In this document: positions 24,858-37,640 of the stretch, in pieces
Numbering within the stretch: position 1 is the stretch's first letter
Layout: every line of letters starts with the position of its first letter
DNA from: Camelus dromedarius
Taxonomy: Eukaryota
Length of the DNA stretch: 64,000 nucleotides
Direction: 5' to 3'
Assembly (NCBI RefSeq): GCF_036321535.1
Contig: NC_087436.1
Span: 50,470,001 to 50,534,000, forward strand
Position numbers and translations under genes: made by a program
Notes under the pieces: model-generated
The model's input: only the letters and a program-made list of their open reading frames with translations
Told to the model about the DNA's origin: nothing
Database searches by the model: none

Positions 24858-27460
24858 ACGAAGTAGCAATTCTCTACAATCTCTTTCAGGGACAGAAGCA
24901 GAGAGAATCCTTCCTAATTCATTCTATGAGGCTAGCATTACCCTAATACCAAAATCAGAGAAAAACACTGCAAAAGAAGAAAACTACAGACCAGTATCTC
25001 CCATGAACATAGATGCAAAACTCCTCAACAAAAAATTACCAAATCAACAAGGTATAAAAAGAATTATACATCACGACAAAGTGAAATCTATCCTAACTTG
25101 CAAGACTGGTTCATCTATTAATCATCAATTAATTGTAATCCATCACATCAACAGACAAAAGGAAAAATCACATGATCATATCAGTAGATGCAGAAAAAGC
25201 ATTTGACAAAATCTGGCACTTACTCATAATAAAAACTCTCAGTAAACTAGGAATAGAGAGGAACTTTCTCGACTTGATAAAAACTATTCACAAAAAATCT
25301 ACAGCTAACATCATACTTTATGGTGAAGGACATTTCCACTAAATTTTCTAAGATCAGGTATAAGATAGGATGTCCCCTCTCACTACTTCTTAGCCCTTGC
25401 TAATGTAATAAGGCAAGAAAAGGAAATTAAAAGTATAGAGATTGGGAAGGGAGTAATAAAACTGTCTTTGTTCACAGAAGATACAATTGTCTATGTAGAA
25501 AATCTGAATTAATTGACAAAAAAAACTACTAACAATTATAGCAAATTTTGAGGATATAAGATTAATATACAAAAGGTAATCACTTCCTTATATAACAGTA
25601 GAATTTGAAATTAAAAACAGAATACCACTTATATTAACTTTTAAAAACATGAAATACTTAGGGATAAATCTAATAAAATTTATATAAAATCTGTATAAGG
25701 AAAAACTCTAAAACTCTGATGAATAAAATCAAAGAACTAAACAAATAGTGAGATATTTCATGTTCATGGATAGGAAGACTCAATGTTGTCAAGACGTCAG
25801 TTTTTCTAAACTTGATCTATAGATTCAATGCAATCCAAATCAAAGCCCCAGCAAATTATTCTGAGGATGTTGACAAACTAATTCTAACATTTATATGGAT
25901 AGGCAAAAGACCCAGAGTAGTCAATACATTATTAAAAGAAAAAAATAAATAAATAGAAGAACAAAGTTGGAAGACTTACACTACCCAATTTCAAGAATTA
26001 CTATAAATCTACAATAACCAAGACTGTGGTATTGACAAAAGAATAGCAAAAAGACCAATGGAATAGAATAGAGAGCCTAGAAATAGACCCAAATAAACAT
26101 AGACTAACCAATCTTCAATAAAGGAACAAAGGCAATGCAATGAAGCAAAGATCATCTTTTCAACAAATGGTGCTGGAATGATTGAACACCTACATGCAAA
26201 AAAAATAAATAAATCTAGATACAGACATTACACCCTTTACAAAAATTAACTCAAAATGGATCACAGACTTAAATGTAAAATGCAAAACTAAAACTCCTCG
26301 GAGACAAGTAACAGTTTATATAGATAACCTTGGGTGATGACTTTTTTGTTCTAATTTCATAGGCATGATCCATGAAAGAAGTAACTGATAGACTAGATTT
26401 CACTAAAATTTTAAATGTCTGCTTTGTGAAAGACAGTGTCCAGACAATAAGAAGGCAAGCCACAGACTAGAAGAAAATACTTGCAAGAGACACATCTGAT
26501 AAAGGACTATTATCCAAAATATATAAAGAACACTTAAAATTCAACAATGAGAAAACAAACAACTCAATTTTAAAATGGGCCATAGCTCTTAACAGATACC
26601 TCGCCAAAGAATATATGCAGATGGCAAATAAGCATACAAAAAGGTGCTCCTCATCATACGTCAATAGTGATATGTAAATTAAGACAGCAATGAGATCCCT
26701 ACCACAACACACCTACCAGAATGACCATAGTCCAGAACACTGACAATACCAAATACTGGTGAGGTTGTGGAGCAACAGGAACTGTCATTCATCACTGGTG
26801 GGAATGCAAAATGGTATAGCCACTTTGGAAGACAGTCTGGCAGTTTCTTAGAAAATTAAATATACTCTTATCATTTGATTCAGCAATTGGACTCCTTGGT
26901 ATTTATCCAAATGAAATGAAGATTTAAGTCTACACAGAAATCTGCATACAGATGTTTACAGCAGCTTTGTTCTTAATTGCCAAAATTTAGAACCAACAGC
27001 TATGTCCTTCAGTAAGTGAATGCATAAACAGACTGTGATCCATCCAGACAATGGAATATTATTCAGCTAAAAAGAAACGAGCTATCAAATCATGACAAGA
27101 CATGAAAAAAACTTTAAGTGCATATTTCTAAGTAGAAGAAGCCAATCTGAAAAGGCTCATATACTCAATGATTCCAAATATAGAACATTCTGGAAAAGGA
27201 ATAACCATGGAGACAATAAAAGATCAGTAGTTACAGGATGGGGAGGGGAACTAGGTGCTATGTTGGGGGATGGACAAATAGCAGAGCACAGAGGATTTTT
27301 AGGGCAGTGAAAATACTACATGTGATGTTACAGTGATAAATACATGTCAGTATACAGTTGTCCAAACCTATAGAATGTACAACACTAAGAGTGAATCATA
27401 ATGTAAACTATATACTTTAGGTGATTATGATGTGTCAGTGTTGATTAATCAATAAAAAAA
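24858..27460 (+). mobile_element. Old L1 (L1MC-like), about 2.6 kb: ORF2 RT region to 3'UTR
   Basis: ORF 24850 [34 protein letters not shown] is L1 RT sequence, with many stops and frameshifts. L1MC-type 3'UTR (tagaatgtacaacactaagagtgaatcataatgtaaacta). Confidence 0.9.
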
Positions 27461-28339
27461 GAGAAAAAACATGAAGTATCAAACAAGAAAAATATACTCA
27501 GTCAATCTACCTGATGTGCTGAAAAGAAGAGGGGAGAAGTAGACTTGGTACCAGATAAAGGGAGTTATAAGTAAGTAGGTGCACAGGGTGAAGAACAACT
27601 ATTCTTGCAGTTGAAATATTCCAATTACTTCATAATTTTTTATTGTCATCCACACTCCACATCACAAAACAGAAGACCCCCCCAAGTTTTTCAACATGAT
27701 CCCTTCAGAGTTTTGGAATATATATAGTGAAATAATGTTTTCCTATATTAATTGATGTATTTTCGGTCCTGGTTATTCATTTTACACCCATGTTCCTTCC
27801 TCTCACTCAAGGAGAACTCCTGTTATTTTATCACAGAAAACAATAAAAAGAAATAGAATCATAGCTTTGGGTTTTTGAAATAACTTTCTGAAACTCATGG
27901 TAGAAAAAATAGTTTTGATAGCAAAGGGTTTTTGAGTTTCAAAAATTGAAACTTTGGATATCAAAATCGAAAACTGTGATGGATTCAGGGCATAATATTA
28001 ATGATACAATAAAAAAGTTTGAAAAAATAGAGATTGTAAAAACACCACATCCTAAACTACATTAAGAGTCTTTGGACAGAGGGTATTGGGAAATCAGAAG
28101 TTACCTAAAAAGTAAAAGTTAAAGTTACCTTTAACTTTTTCTGTCCCTGACAAGACTGTTTCCCTTGAAAGAAGTCCTGTATCATGACCCCACTTCAGGA
28201 TTGTGATTGCAGTGAATAAAGAATTTCAACAAAAACCTAGAAATAATATAGAATTAGAAATTAAATGGGAATTTTGGAGACAGAAAGTATAACAACTAAA
28301 AAAAAAACCTCAAAATAGTTTTAAAAATCAACAGAGAAA

Positions 28340-28775
28340 TAAAAATAGTACCTTGTGAATATTTATAGCATTCTTAGTCATAAGAGCCAAAATCTGGAAA
28401 CAATCCAAACATCCATTAATTGATGAATGGATAAACAAAATGTTGCAAATACAAAGAACTATTATTTGACAATAAAAAGGAATAAAATGCCAATACATGC
28501 TGTAACACAGATGAACCTCAAAAACATGCGAAGTGATAGAAGTCATACACAAAACACTACATGCTATATGATTCTATTTATATGAAATATCCTAAAAAGA
28601 CAAGTTAAAAGAAACAAAAGGCAGATCAGTGATTCCCTGTGACTGAAGGGTTTGGAATTGGGCTTACTTGCAAGCAAGACTGAGGGAAATTTGGGGAGTA
28701 ATGTAAATGTTCTAAAAATGGATTGTGGTGATATCTAAACTTTATAAATTTATTAAAAACAATTGAAATACATGT
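28340..28775 (+). mobile_element. Old L1M(D/E)-type 3' remnant
   Basis: ccaaaatctggaaacaatccaaacatcc...gatgaatggataaacaaaatgt...ttctaaaaatggattgtggtgat. Confidence 0.75.
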
Positions 28776-29094
28776 TGTTTTTCTTGCACTAAACCCTAAT
28801 CTTTAGTGAGCCCTTGCATCAAGTACTGCCTATTTATTCCACTGCTCCTCCAGTGAACTCCCCATCCCACCCTAAGCAAAATGAAATTCCAGATCACTTT
28901 GGAAGGCCTCAGTCCGTGAGTCAAAAAAAAAAAAGTGTTTTTCCTTGAGAGAGCCATTGTACTTTGATACACCGTAGAAGGACATTCTTAATTGAGTCTG
29001 TTTTTATTGTTGTGTTGTCTTAAATTCTCACTGCTAATGTGTGGTACCTTAATTCCTGCTAAAATCCAGCAGTTTCATCTACCCTTGCTTTTGC

Positions 29095-29230
29095 ACTGTT
29101 GGTGCAAACAGCAACACAATAAAAGAGGCCAAAAAGGCTTACTATTATTATGAAAATAATTTTGATCTCATAGAACTCTTGAATCAGGGCTCAGGGACCT
29201 ACAGGGGACCCCACTCTGAGAGCCACTTTA
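29095..29230. mobile_element. hAT-Charlie terminal fragment
   Basis: tattatgaaaataattttgatctc...ctcagggacc...ccactctgagagccact. Confidence 0.5.
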
Positions 29231-31149
29231 CTGGAAGGAGAATGATAACTAAGGAGGTATTACGAGTGCCTTCAACCAAGTAGTTAAACTGGATTTCGAG
29301 AAAGGAAAATACGTAAGCATGAATGTCGAATGATTTGGTAGGAAAAACAAATGGTGACCACATATTCAGAACTAGGATTGAGGATACTTTGACCAAAGAT
29401 TTCTTTTGTGTAATTGCTAACAGAAAGAAGCAGCCTGGATACCAAAATATTAGAACTACCAAGACATTTAGCTAGTTTATAAAAAAAAGAGCAGAATATT
29501 TCAAGTCCATACAAAAGGACATCTATATTTCGTGAGCACAAAGAAATCTTTTTTAAAAATTCTTGTTCTGAAAGGTCCTAAACAACCTATGTCCAATTAT
29601 TTCTCTCTCCTACAAAAACTAAAAGAAACAAACACAAAGTAAAATACTAAGGAAAAAAACAGAAGTGAAGAAATTCAGATAGTGCATAAAATGAAGAAAT
29701 ACTATCAGTTTTTTTATAAGATTTTGTATTCTGTATGCACTTGCTACTAGACATTATGTTTGCAAACCATCTCCCGTATTTGCCCCATAAATTTTGAATT
29801 CCAATTTTCTGCCTGGAATTAATATAGTCAACAAATACTAATTGAGTACTGACTATAATAGGACCAGACATAGTAATAAACCAAGTGGTCTCAGTCCCTT
29901 CCGTAATAGAACATAGAATCTAGTTGTCAGAAATAAGCCTTCATATGTATGACACGATATTATTAAGACTGGTAGTGAGATTCGGATTGCTATTTACAAT
30001 AAAGGGAAGTCAAATGGCATGAAATATAAGCCTGAGCCTAAGATCTCCTTGCACAGAAGTTATAAATCTGTAAGCTACACACCAAATACAGCTCATAGAC
30101 TTGCTTTGTTTGACTCATGTCATATTTTATTTCTAGTTAGTTTTAATATAATAAAACATAAAATCCAGATTCCTGGCTATTCACAAATAACTGCAACATA
30201 TGGCAAAAACAGGCATAAATTTTCACATGACAATTGGCATGCAGTTCACCCCAGTCCCCAGCACTTCCTGTCCTGGCCCTTCTTGACCCACTGCTTCTCC
30301 CAATCCTAATGTCAATTAACTGGAGGCAACCAGAGAGTGCAAGGACTTTGCCCCCTTTTTTGTTTGTTTGTTTCCCAGTAGTTGTTGACACCAAAGCAAA
30401 AGGAACAAAAATAATCCTTAGAAAACCACAAAAGCCTCCTTTTAGGGACAGCAAGGGGAGAGGAAAGCTGTGGAAATCTGCTTTTCTCTCCCATGGTGAG
30501 TTTGAGAGGAGAAAAACTTTAATTTGGAGCAACAAATAGCGAACATGAAAAATTCATAAATCAACCAGTATTTCCAGAAGACCAACCATGTGCAAAACTT
30601 GGTACCAAATACCATAGGGGGCCAAAGCATAAGCCTTTAGCCAGCTAAACTCATGGTCTGGTGTCATGATTCCCAGACTGTACACAGCAGACCACTGAGG
30701 TACATAAGCCAAGCTTTTTCAGTCAACTAAGTCATATATGTCAATAATTAATCAATGAAGTCATTCTGTACACATATGATAAATGCACAAACATGTTTTT
30801 TCAAATATGGGATTGCTGCTGTATTGAGAAATAAAATTCAAACTTTTTAAAAGCAGTGATACAGCTCCATGACAAGCAACACAAACTTTAAGTATAATCA
30901 TGTGATATATGGGACTATAAAATTCTTTATACTAAAAAGAGCTCTCTAACATCAAATATAAACTATTTTATAGAAAAACTTGGAAATACAGTTAACTTCC
31001 AAATTTTTACTTCTAGGAATTTATTCATATATATATATATATATGAATAAATATATATATACTTGAACGAATATTCATTGAATACTCTTTGTAATAGTAT
31101 AATTTAGGAAAAAGGTTATAATCATCAGAAGGTAAGGAAGGACAGTGGA

Positions 31150-31995
31150 CTAGAGAATTTCTACCAGATATCTGAACTAGAGTCTGCCAGAGGACCTAAC
31201 CAAGGACCTTAACCCTCAGCCAGGTCAGTAAGTCCCTGATATTCCTGTCCAACATCATTTGGTCATTGTTATGGGCAGTGACTACTATGTATTTCCCATT
31301 CTCCTCTTTTATGAGTGGTTTTATTGTGGTTATTTTGTTATTTCTCAACAATAGAATTTGAGGGTGCTGAGACCAGATAATTTGTCCTTTCATTTATGGA
31401 ACAGTGAACATCCTATAAATGTTAAAGCCACGTATGGATCCAATAAAGAGGACTGTCAACTTGAAGCTGGATGCAGTGGCTGAATAAGATCATGGAGTTG
31501 TCTCTCTTAAGAAGGATGAGAGTTCCACATATGGCAGGGAGAGTGTGCAAGGATGAATATTAAGTAGTTGAAGGAATCTAGACAAACTGATGTAAATTCT
31601 CAACTTTTCCATTAGCAGGAAACCCATATTTTTAAGAATTGAATTATGCAAGCACCCCTGCATCTGGGAACCATGTGGTGCTATTCTGGGTGATAAGATA
31701 TGAGCAAAAGTTGTACCATAGGGCCTCATGAAAGATTCCTTAAAGGAAGAGCAGACCAAGCAGGTACCTATAATTTTGCAATACTGGGTTGATCAGCCAT
31801 CTCGTAATCTCAAGGCAAGCACAGAAAGCCAAAAAGTCACAGAGCCTTCATCCCTGACACCTTGAACACCAAAAGCACTTCCAACAACTACCTATACCTA
31901 AAATCCACTATATGATTTTTTTAAATCCTTATTTTGCATAGGTTCCTGTTATTGAATTTTTTATCAGTAGTTGAATAAAATTCCTAACTAATACA
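31150..31995 (+). mobile_element. MaLR internal 3' end plus LTR remnant
   Basis: ttttattgtggttatt...agataatttgtcc...gctggatgcagtggctgaataaga; ends cctaactaataca. Confidence 0.45.
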
Positions 31996-32274
31996 ACTAA
32001 CTATTCTTTGTATCCCATCCACCTCATCATCCTTTCAAACATCCCCCCATGCAAGCCCTCTTTTCTGTCTAGTTTGGCTTTTCCCAGTTTTCTGTGTCTT
32101 TCCCAATCTCTCTATGTATCTCCTTTTCCTTAAGCAGAATCTATTAGGTCTCCAATATTGTGTTTCACTCCTAGAACCTAATTCATTTAACTCCCACATA
32201 GGAAAAAAATGATTCTCTTCTTAGTATCTATCTTCCTTAGGTATCAGCATAGATATTTATAGGCAAATATAAAA

Positions 32275-32482
32275 ATAATTGCTAACATTCAGTCAATGTC
32301 TACTGTATTTCAGGGACTATTCTCATGTTCTAAGTATTATTCTAAGAGCTTTATTGTATTTTCATATTAATCTTCACAACAACCCTGAGTTTATCTCTAT
32401 AAAGTACAAAGGTTAAGTTAATTTGACCATGATTATACCACTAGTGGTGATGGAGCCAATATTTGAAATCAGAAAGTCTGAG

Positions 32483-32484
<2 letters not shown>
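32275..32484 (-). mobile_element. MIR SINE
   Basis: taatcttcacaacaaccctgag...aggttaagttaatttgacc...ggagccaatatttgaaatcag. Confidence 0.65.
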
Positions 32485-32536
<52 letters not shown>

Positions 32537-32552
32537 CGCGCGCGCGCGCGCA
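32485..32552. repeat. Compound (TG)22(CG)11 microsatellite
   Basis: TG at 32485-32528 and CG at 32529-32550, read directly. Confidence 0.95.
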
Positions 32553-32737
32553 GGCGCACAGGTACTTAGCTCCTCAGTGTAGCAGGGTTACTCCTTCTGT
32601 CACTATAGCTGAACTGTGAAGCTTTGTGCCTGTAGATCACAAATATGATCTAAAAGAGAACCTCCTCATTGAAGAGTAAATAGAAATCCTCCCCTCTCTC
32701 ACCCCAAGAGATGAAGAGTTGATAAAAAAAAAAGTTA

Positions 32738-32875
32738 GGGAGGAGAGTATAGCTCAGTAGTAGAGTGCGTGCTTAGCATGCATGAGGTCCTGGAGTCAAT
32801 CCCCAGTAACTCCATTAAAAACAAACAAACAAACAAACAAACCTAATTACTTTCTCCTCCCAAAAAATAAAAAAT
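32738..32875 (+). mobile_element. tRNA-derived SINE (camelid Vic-1 type)
   Basis: GGGAGGAGAGTATAGCTCAGTAGTAGAGTGCGTGCTTAGCATGCATGAGGTCCTGGAGTCAATCCCCAG, then (AAAC)n, CCTAATTAC and an A tail. TSD AAAAAGTTA at 32729-32737 and 32876-32884. Confidence 0.9.
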
Positions 32876-33619
32876 AAAAAGTTAATTGCTTGGTCCCGTT
32901 TACACTCACCCTTGGGGCCACACCTTGGAATAGGAAGTACAGAAACATGTAAGTGTGGATGACCTTAAAAATAGTAGGAATTAAGAAGCTGTCCCTGGGC
33001 TAAGCCTCAGAGATTCTGCTGGTCTTAAAGACAATGTTTCTCAATTCTGGTTGTACTTTAGAAATGCCTAAAGAGATTTTTAAAATACTGATGCCCTGGT
33101 CTACCCTACATCTACCCAGTATCATTTGACCCTTGACTTTAAGCTATACAATTCTACTGGATATTCTCAGCCACCCTGCTAGGAAAATCCTGAGGTCAGT
33201 TTAGCAGCTTATTCTAAGCTAATTAGGGCACCCGTTTTGCCTGAGTTCAAGCTCCAGAACCCAGTAGTCTGCACATAGCACATATGGAGAACTAGAAGTT
33301 TCCATGCTATACACTGTTGGGATGCAGTGATACTGAGAACACAGCAGGAGCAGAGGCACAAAGAACCATTTGGGATTAATATAAAAGCCCACAGTATAGA
33401 CCAAGAGAACCCAGAACCACAGACAGATGCTGTGCTTGGGTCATTTCCCCCACTTTCAGCCTGAGGGAGGCTCAAGAAGATCCATTTAAAATAAGTACTT
33501 TTCATTTCCTTCGCATTTTTTCACATCTGAGTTCTAGTGGGAAAATTTCAATCCCCACCCAGAAGTATCATCAAGAATATGTGCCAAATAGATTCTGGGA
33601 GTAGGGTTTTAGATAGTCG

Positions 33620-35375
33620 GGACCCGAAGGCTTTTCCTTTCACCACTAGACCCTACCAGCACCTGCATCCTCACGTCTGTCTGCCTTTCTTCCTGGTAGA
33701 TAAACCACCTGTGCTCCTTCCAGCAGCAGTCCAGCTACTTGTGCACCAGACCCCATCCCCTCTCACTTATTAAAACATAAAAAATCTCCCTTCTTTCTCC
33801 TGTATCACTAATTTTTCTATTTTGGATCATTCTTATCAACATACAAAATGTTATTTCTCCTATCTTAAAACAAACATGAAAAAACTTTTGTGTGCCCTCT
33901 TCACCCTTCAGCAACTATGCATTTCTCTGTATTTCTTTATAGTAAATCTCCTTGAAGTTGGCCATACCTACTGTTTCCAATAAATCTCTTCCTATGCTCT
34001 ATAAAATCTACTGCAGTCAGAGTATTGCCCACAATACTCTACCAAAATTACTTTTGTTGAGTTACAAATGACCCCCACATTACTTGATCCAGCAGTCAAT
34101 GCTCTCATGTGACCTGACCTGTCAGCAGCATTTGTCTTAGACCACTCTCTCCTCCTGGAAACACTTTTTCACTTGACTTTTGAGACACCACCCTAGGTTT
34201 CCTTCTACCTCACTGGCCAACTCCTTCTCAGTCTTCTGTGCTCATCCCTCCTTATCAACCTCCTCAATTCACTTCAAAAGATTAGAATGCTCAAGGTTCA
34301 GCCCTTTGTCCTATTCTTTTCTCAATCTACACTTATTCCTAGATCACCTTAGTCAGTGTCATGCCTTTAAATACAATGCAATTTGATATTTCCAGCTTGG
34401 GACAGGTTATATCTAAACACTACTCACTATCTCCATCTGTATATCGTTGAAGCATCTCAAGCTGAAATTCCTGATCTTTCCCCTAAAACTGGTTTGACCT
34501 GCATCTTCCCTATTGCAGTTAATGGCAGCTCCATACTTCCAGAAGTTCAGGACAAAATTGAAAGAGTCATGCTTAACACCTCACTTTCTCTCACATCCCA
34601 TATCTAACCTATCCAGAAATCCTATTGGCTGTCTCTTGAAAACACTGGCATATTTCAAATCTAGACACTTCTCTCCACCTTCACTGCTACCAACCGGATT
34701 CTTGCCACTAGCATCTCTCACCTGGATTGTAGCAGTAATATTCTAATGACTTTTTCTGCTTCCAACTGTGCTCCCTATGCTCTGTTCTCAACATGAGCAA
34801 CCAGAGTATTCCTTTCATCCTAAGTGAGAACACATCACATACCTGCTCAAACCCTCCAGTGCCTCCATGTTTCCCTTAGAGTAAAAAGTCTTGGTCACTG
34901 TAAGAACCCCTAAGGCTGTCCATCACCTTCCTCTCTCATTCCTGCTGCCACTCCTCTACTTTATCTTCCATTCTCTCCTCTCATTCACTCCTCTTGCATT
35001 TCCTACCAGCATCTGATTATGTTTTGCACTAGCTGTTGTCTCTGCTCTTCTCCCTCACAGCCACGTGACTCACCCTCACACTTCTTTTAAATCTTGGCTC
35101 ACATGTCATTTCATCAATAGGGTGACCTCTGACCAACCTGCATTTGATTCCCAATTCCCTTTACTTTGTTCTATTTTTCTCCAAAACAGTTATCACTCCA
35201 AACATCTTATATAGTTATTTACTATTTTATGGTTTGTTATGTATCTCCTCCAATTACAATGTAATGTTTACAAAAACAGGAATTTGTGCCAGTTGTGTTC
35301 ACTGATGAACATAGAGCATGAGAACAGTGTCTGAAATATAGGAGGCATTCAACAAATATTTGCTAAGTAAACTAA
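33620..35375 (+). mobile_element. L2 LINE, about 1.7 kb
   Basis: tgacctgtcagcagcatttg...accactctctcctcctggaaacactttt (L2 ORF2) through the 3' end aggcattcaacaaatatttgc. Confidence 0.85.
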
Positions 35376-35534
35376 TGATACATTTTACATTTATGTATAG
35401 GTTGACTAAGGTAAAAATATTACATGATGTAATATTTTTATAGTGCTTTGTTTTGAGCAAGACAGTTTCATACTCAATATAGTTAGAAACAACTATCAGA
35501 AGATGGGTTAACATTCCAGGCATAACTGCATATG

Positions 35535-35640
35535 ATATTTGCAATCCATAGCAAATCACTTCAACCTCTCTCAGTCTTGATTCCCCCACCGGAAAAGTGG
35601 AAATTACAATTCTTACTATGTGCACTCTCCCAGCTAGGAA
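35535..35640 (+). mobile_element. MIR fragment
   Basis: gcaaatcacttcaacctctctcagtcttgattccccc. Confidence 0.5.
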
Positions 35641-37004
35641 GAGCAGAAAAGAAATCATTCTGTGTAATATACACTTAGCTCAAATATTGTTGTGTTCCAA
35701 GCTAGGCATAGCTTTACCACACCATGAATTTATGAGCCAAACAGCTATTAAATTCTGTGTAAATCCTAAGGCACTATTTGGTCACTTTGCCACCTACAGC
35801 TGTTATAAACTCATAGCAAAAATGAAAACAAGAGAATCTTTCTCAGAGCTCTTTCTGAAAAATCTGAAGAGTAGTTCTTCCTGAAAAAATATTCTTTTAT
35901 AATCCATTAGGAAACAGACACAGCATATCAATTTGACAACCAAAGATTCAAATTGATTTTTCTATTTCACTTACTTGCAACATCTAAAAGTATGGTAGCC
36001 TGTTTTGTTTTCAAAGCATGTTCCAGTCCCAAAAACGATTTCTCAAGGCCACAACTTTCACATATTTTTGTTGATGACTGGTATTATTTCATCTTGATTT
36101 TTACATTACCTTCTCTATAAAAGTATTGTTGCCAATATCAAAAATGTCCCTAAAGTTGCAACTCAGGGAAGTCTGAGAAACAATTTCTTAAACTGACCTT
36201 CAAAAGTAAGTTAAACACCACAAGCAGGAATTGTTCATTTAAAGTGAAGCTTAAGAGGGGTGTGTGTGTGTGTGTGTGTAAATAATACCATAGGTCAGTT
36301 AATATGTTTTTGACCACACAGTTAACATTATGATTACATGGAAATACCTTGTTAAATAAGAATACTATAGGCACTTTATATCAAAGTGCTGGTTGGGAAA
36401 ATGTAAGTAAAACACGATTTATATAATATTGGTTTACATAACCAAGGGGGAGAAACAGAAAAAGAAAGAAAAACAATAGGACAAAAAAAAAAAAAAAAAA
36501 GCAGCAGAACCAAACTAAATAAGTTTATCTATTTTCACCAGGATTACCAAATTCTGAAAGGTGTGATTATAAATACATATTTCTCTATTAAGTAAATCTC
36601 TTTCCCAAAATGAAAAAGGCCTTAGCACACAGTATCTTTATACTTAAGGCAATAAATCTATTTGTTAAATGTAGTCATATTCAATTCAGAACTATTCAAC
36701 TGTATTAATTAATTTCCCAATATATTTAAATAGATGCCACCTACAGAAAATTAAAGAATCTCTACAAACTATATTTTATATACTTATAGAAACACAGCAA
36801 CTAATACCAATAAAATAACATTAAAAAGACTATTTGAGGGCAAGTTAAACTGTTGATTCTGAGTATACCTGGAAAAATAAAGACTGAAATTGAATTTTAA
36901 AATCATGTACTAATCTCTGTTAAGCTTTGATAAACAACTGCATTTCTAATGAGATGGAGGGGTTGGGGGTTAATTTCTTAGGGAAACTATTTTGTGCTTT
37001 CAAA

Positions 37005-37146
37005 ACAATAGCATCTTCTGAAGGCTTTCCCCACCTGCTCCTGCTTACTGTGCCCCTTTTCCTCACCAGGCTATTTCTCCAATAAATCTCTTACACTTCT
37101 AACTTAATCTTAGCATATGTTTCTGGGAAGACCTGAGCTGGCACAA
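37005..37146 (+). mobile_element. ERVL-type LTR 3' fragment
   Basis: ccaataaatctcttacacttctaacttaatcttagcatatgtttctgggaagacctgagctggcaca. Confidence 0.55.
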
Positions 37147-37415
37147 TCATGGTCCAAAAATGCTGAAGTAATCTGAAACCAGAGATCCACACATGTAGAC
37201 AGTGCCTCCTTTCCCCAGGTGCCAATACTCTGGATTCCTGCTGCCCCTACCTCTGAGGTCAGTGACTGAAGTCTTCACATCTCTCCTCAAACTTGAAATA
37301 AACTAAGGTCAAATAAATTCTTTGATTATACTGTCGATGTCAACCATAAGTCCAGCTTCCTTATACTGTTTCTAACACAGAGAGAAGAAAATTACAATAA
37401 AAGAATTGATGTTAC

Positions 37416-37640
37416 CAGACCCACCCCTAACATATTGTGGAACCTGGATAAGAGTACAAATGGACATCCACAAAGCATACAAGTAGATGCTTACAAATTA
37501 TACATGGAGCTTACAAACCTCTAAATACAATATGCCCTACCCTGCTACCTTGAGAAATATACCTTTCCTAAAACCTGGAAAGACAGGTTCAGATTTATAA
37601 TTCTCATATTCCTCAAAGTTCTACATCAGAACACAGAGGA
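37416..37640. mobile_element. hAT-Tip100 (Zaphod/MER115-like) fragment
   Basis: cagacccacccctaacatattgtggaacctggataagagtacaaatgga resembles the Zaphod terminus. Confidence 0.4.

Noticed and set aside
32738..32815. tRNA-like sequence (also 2670-2744)
   Set aside because: SINE head with A-rich tail and TSD; no intact cloverleaf.
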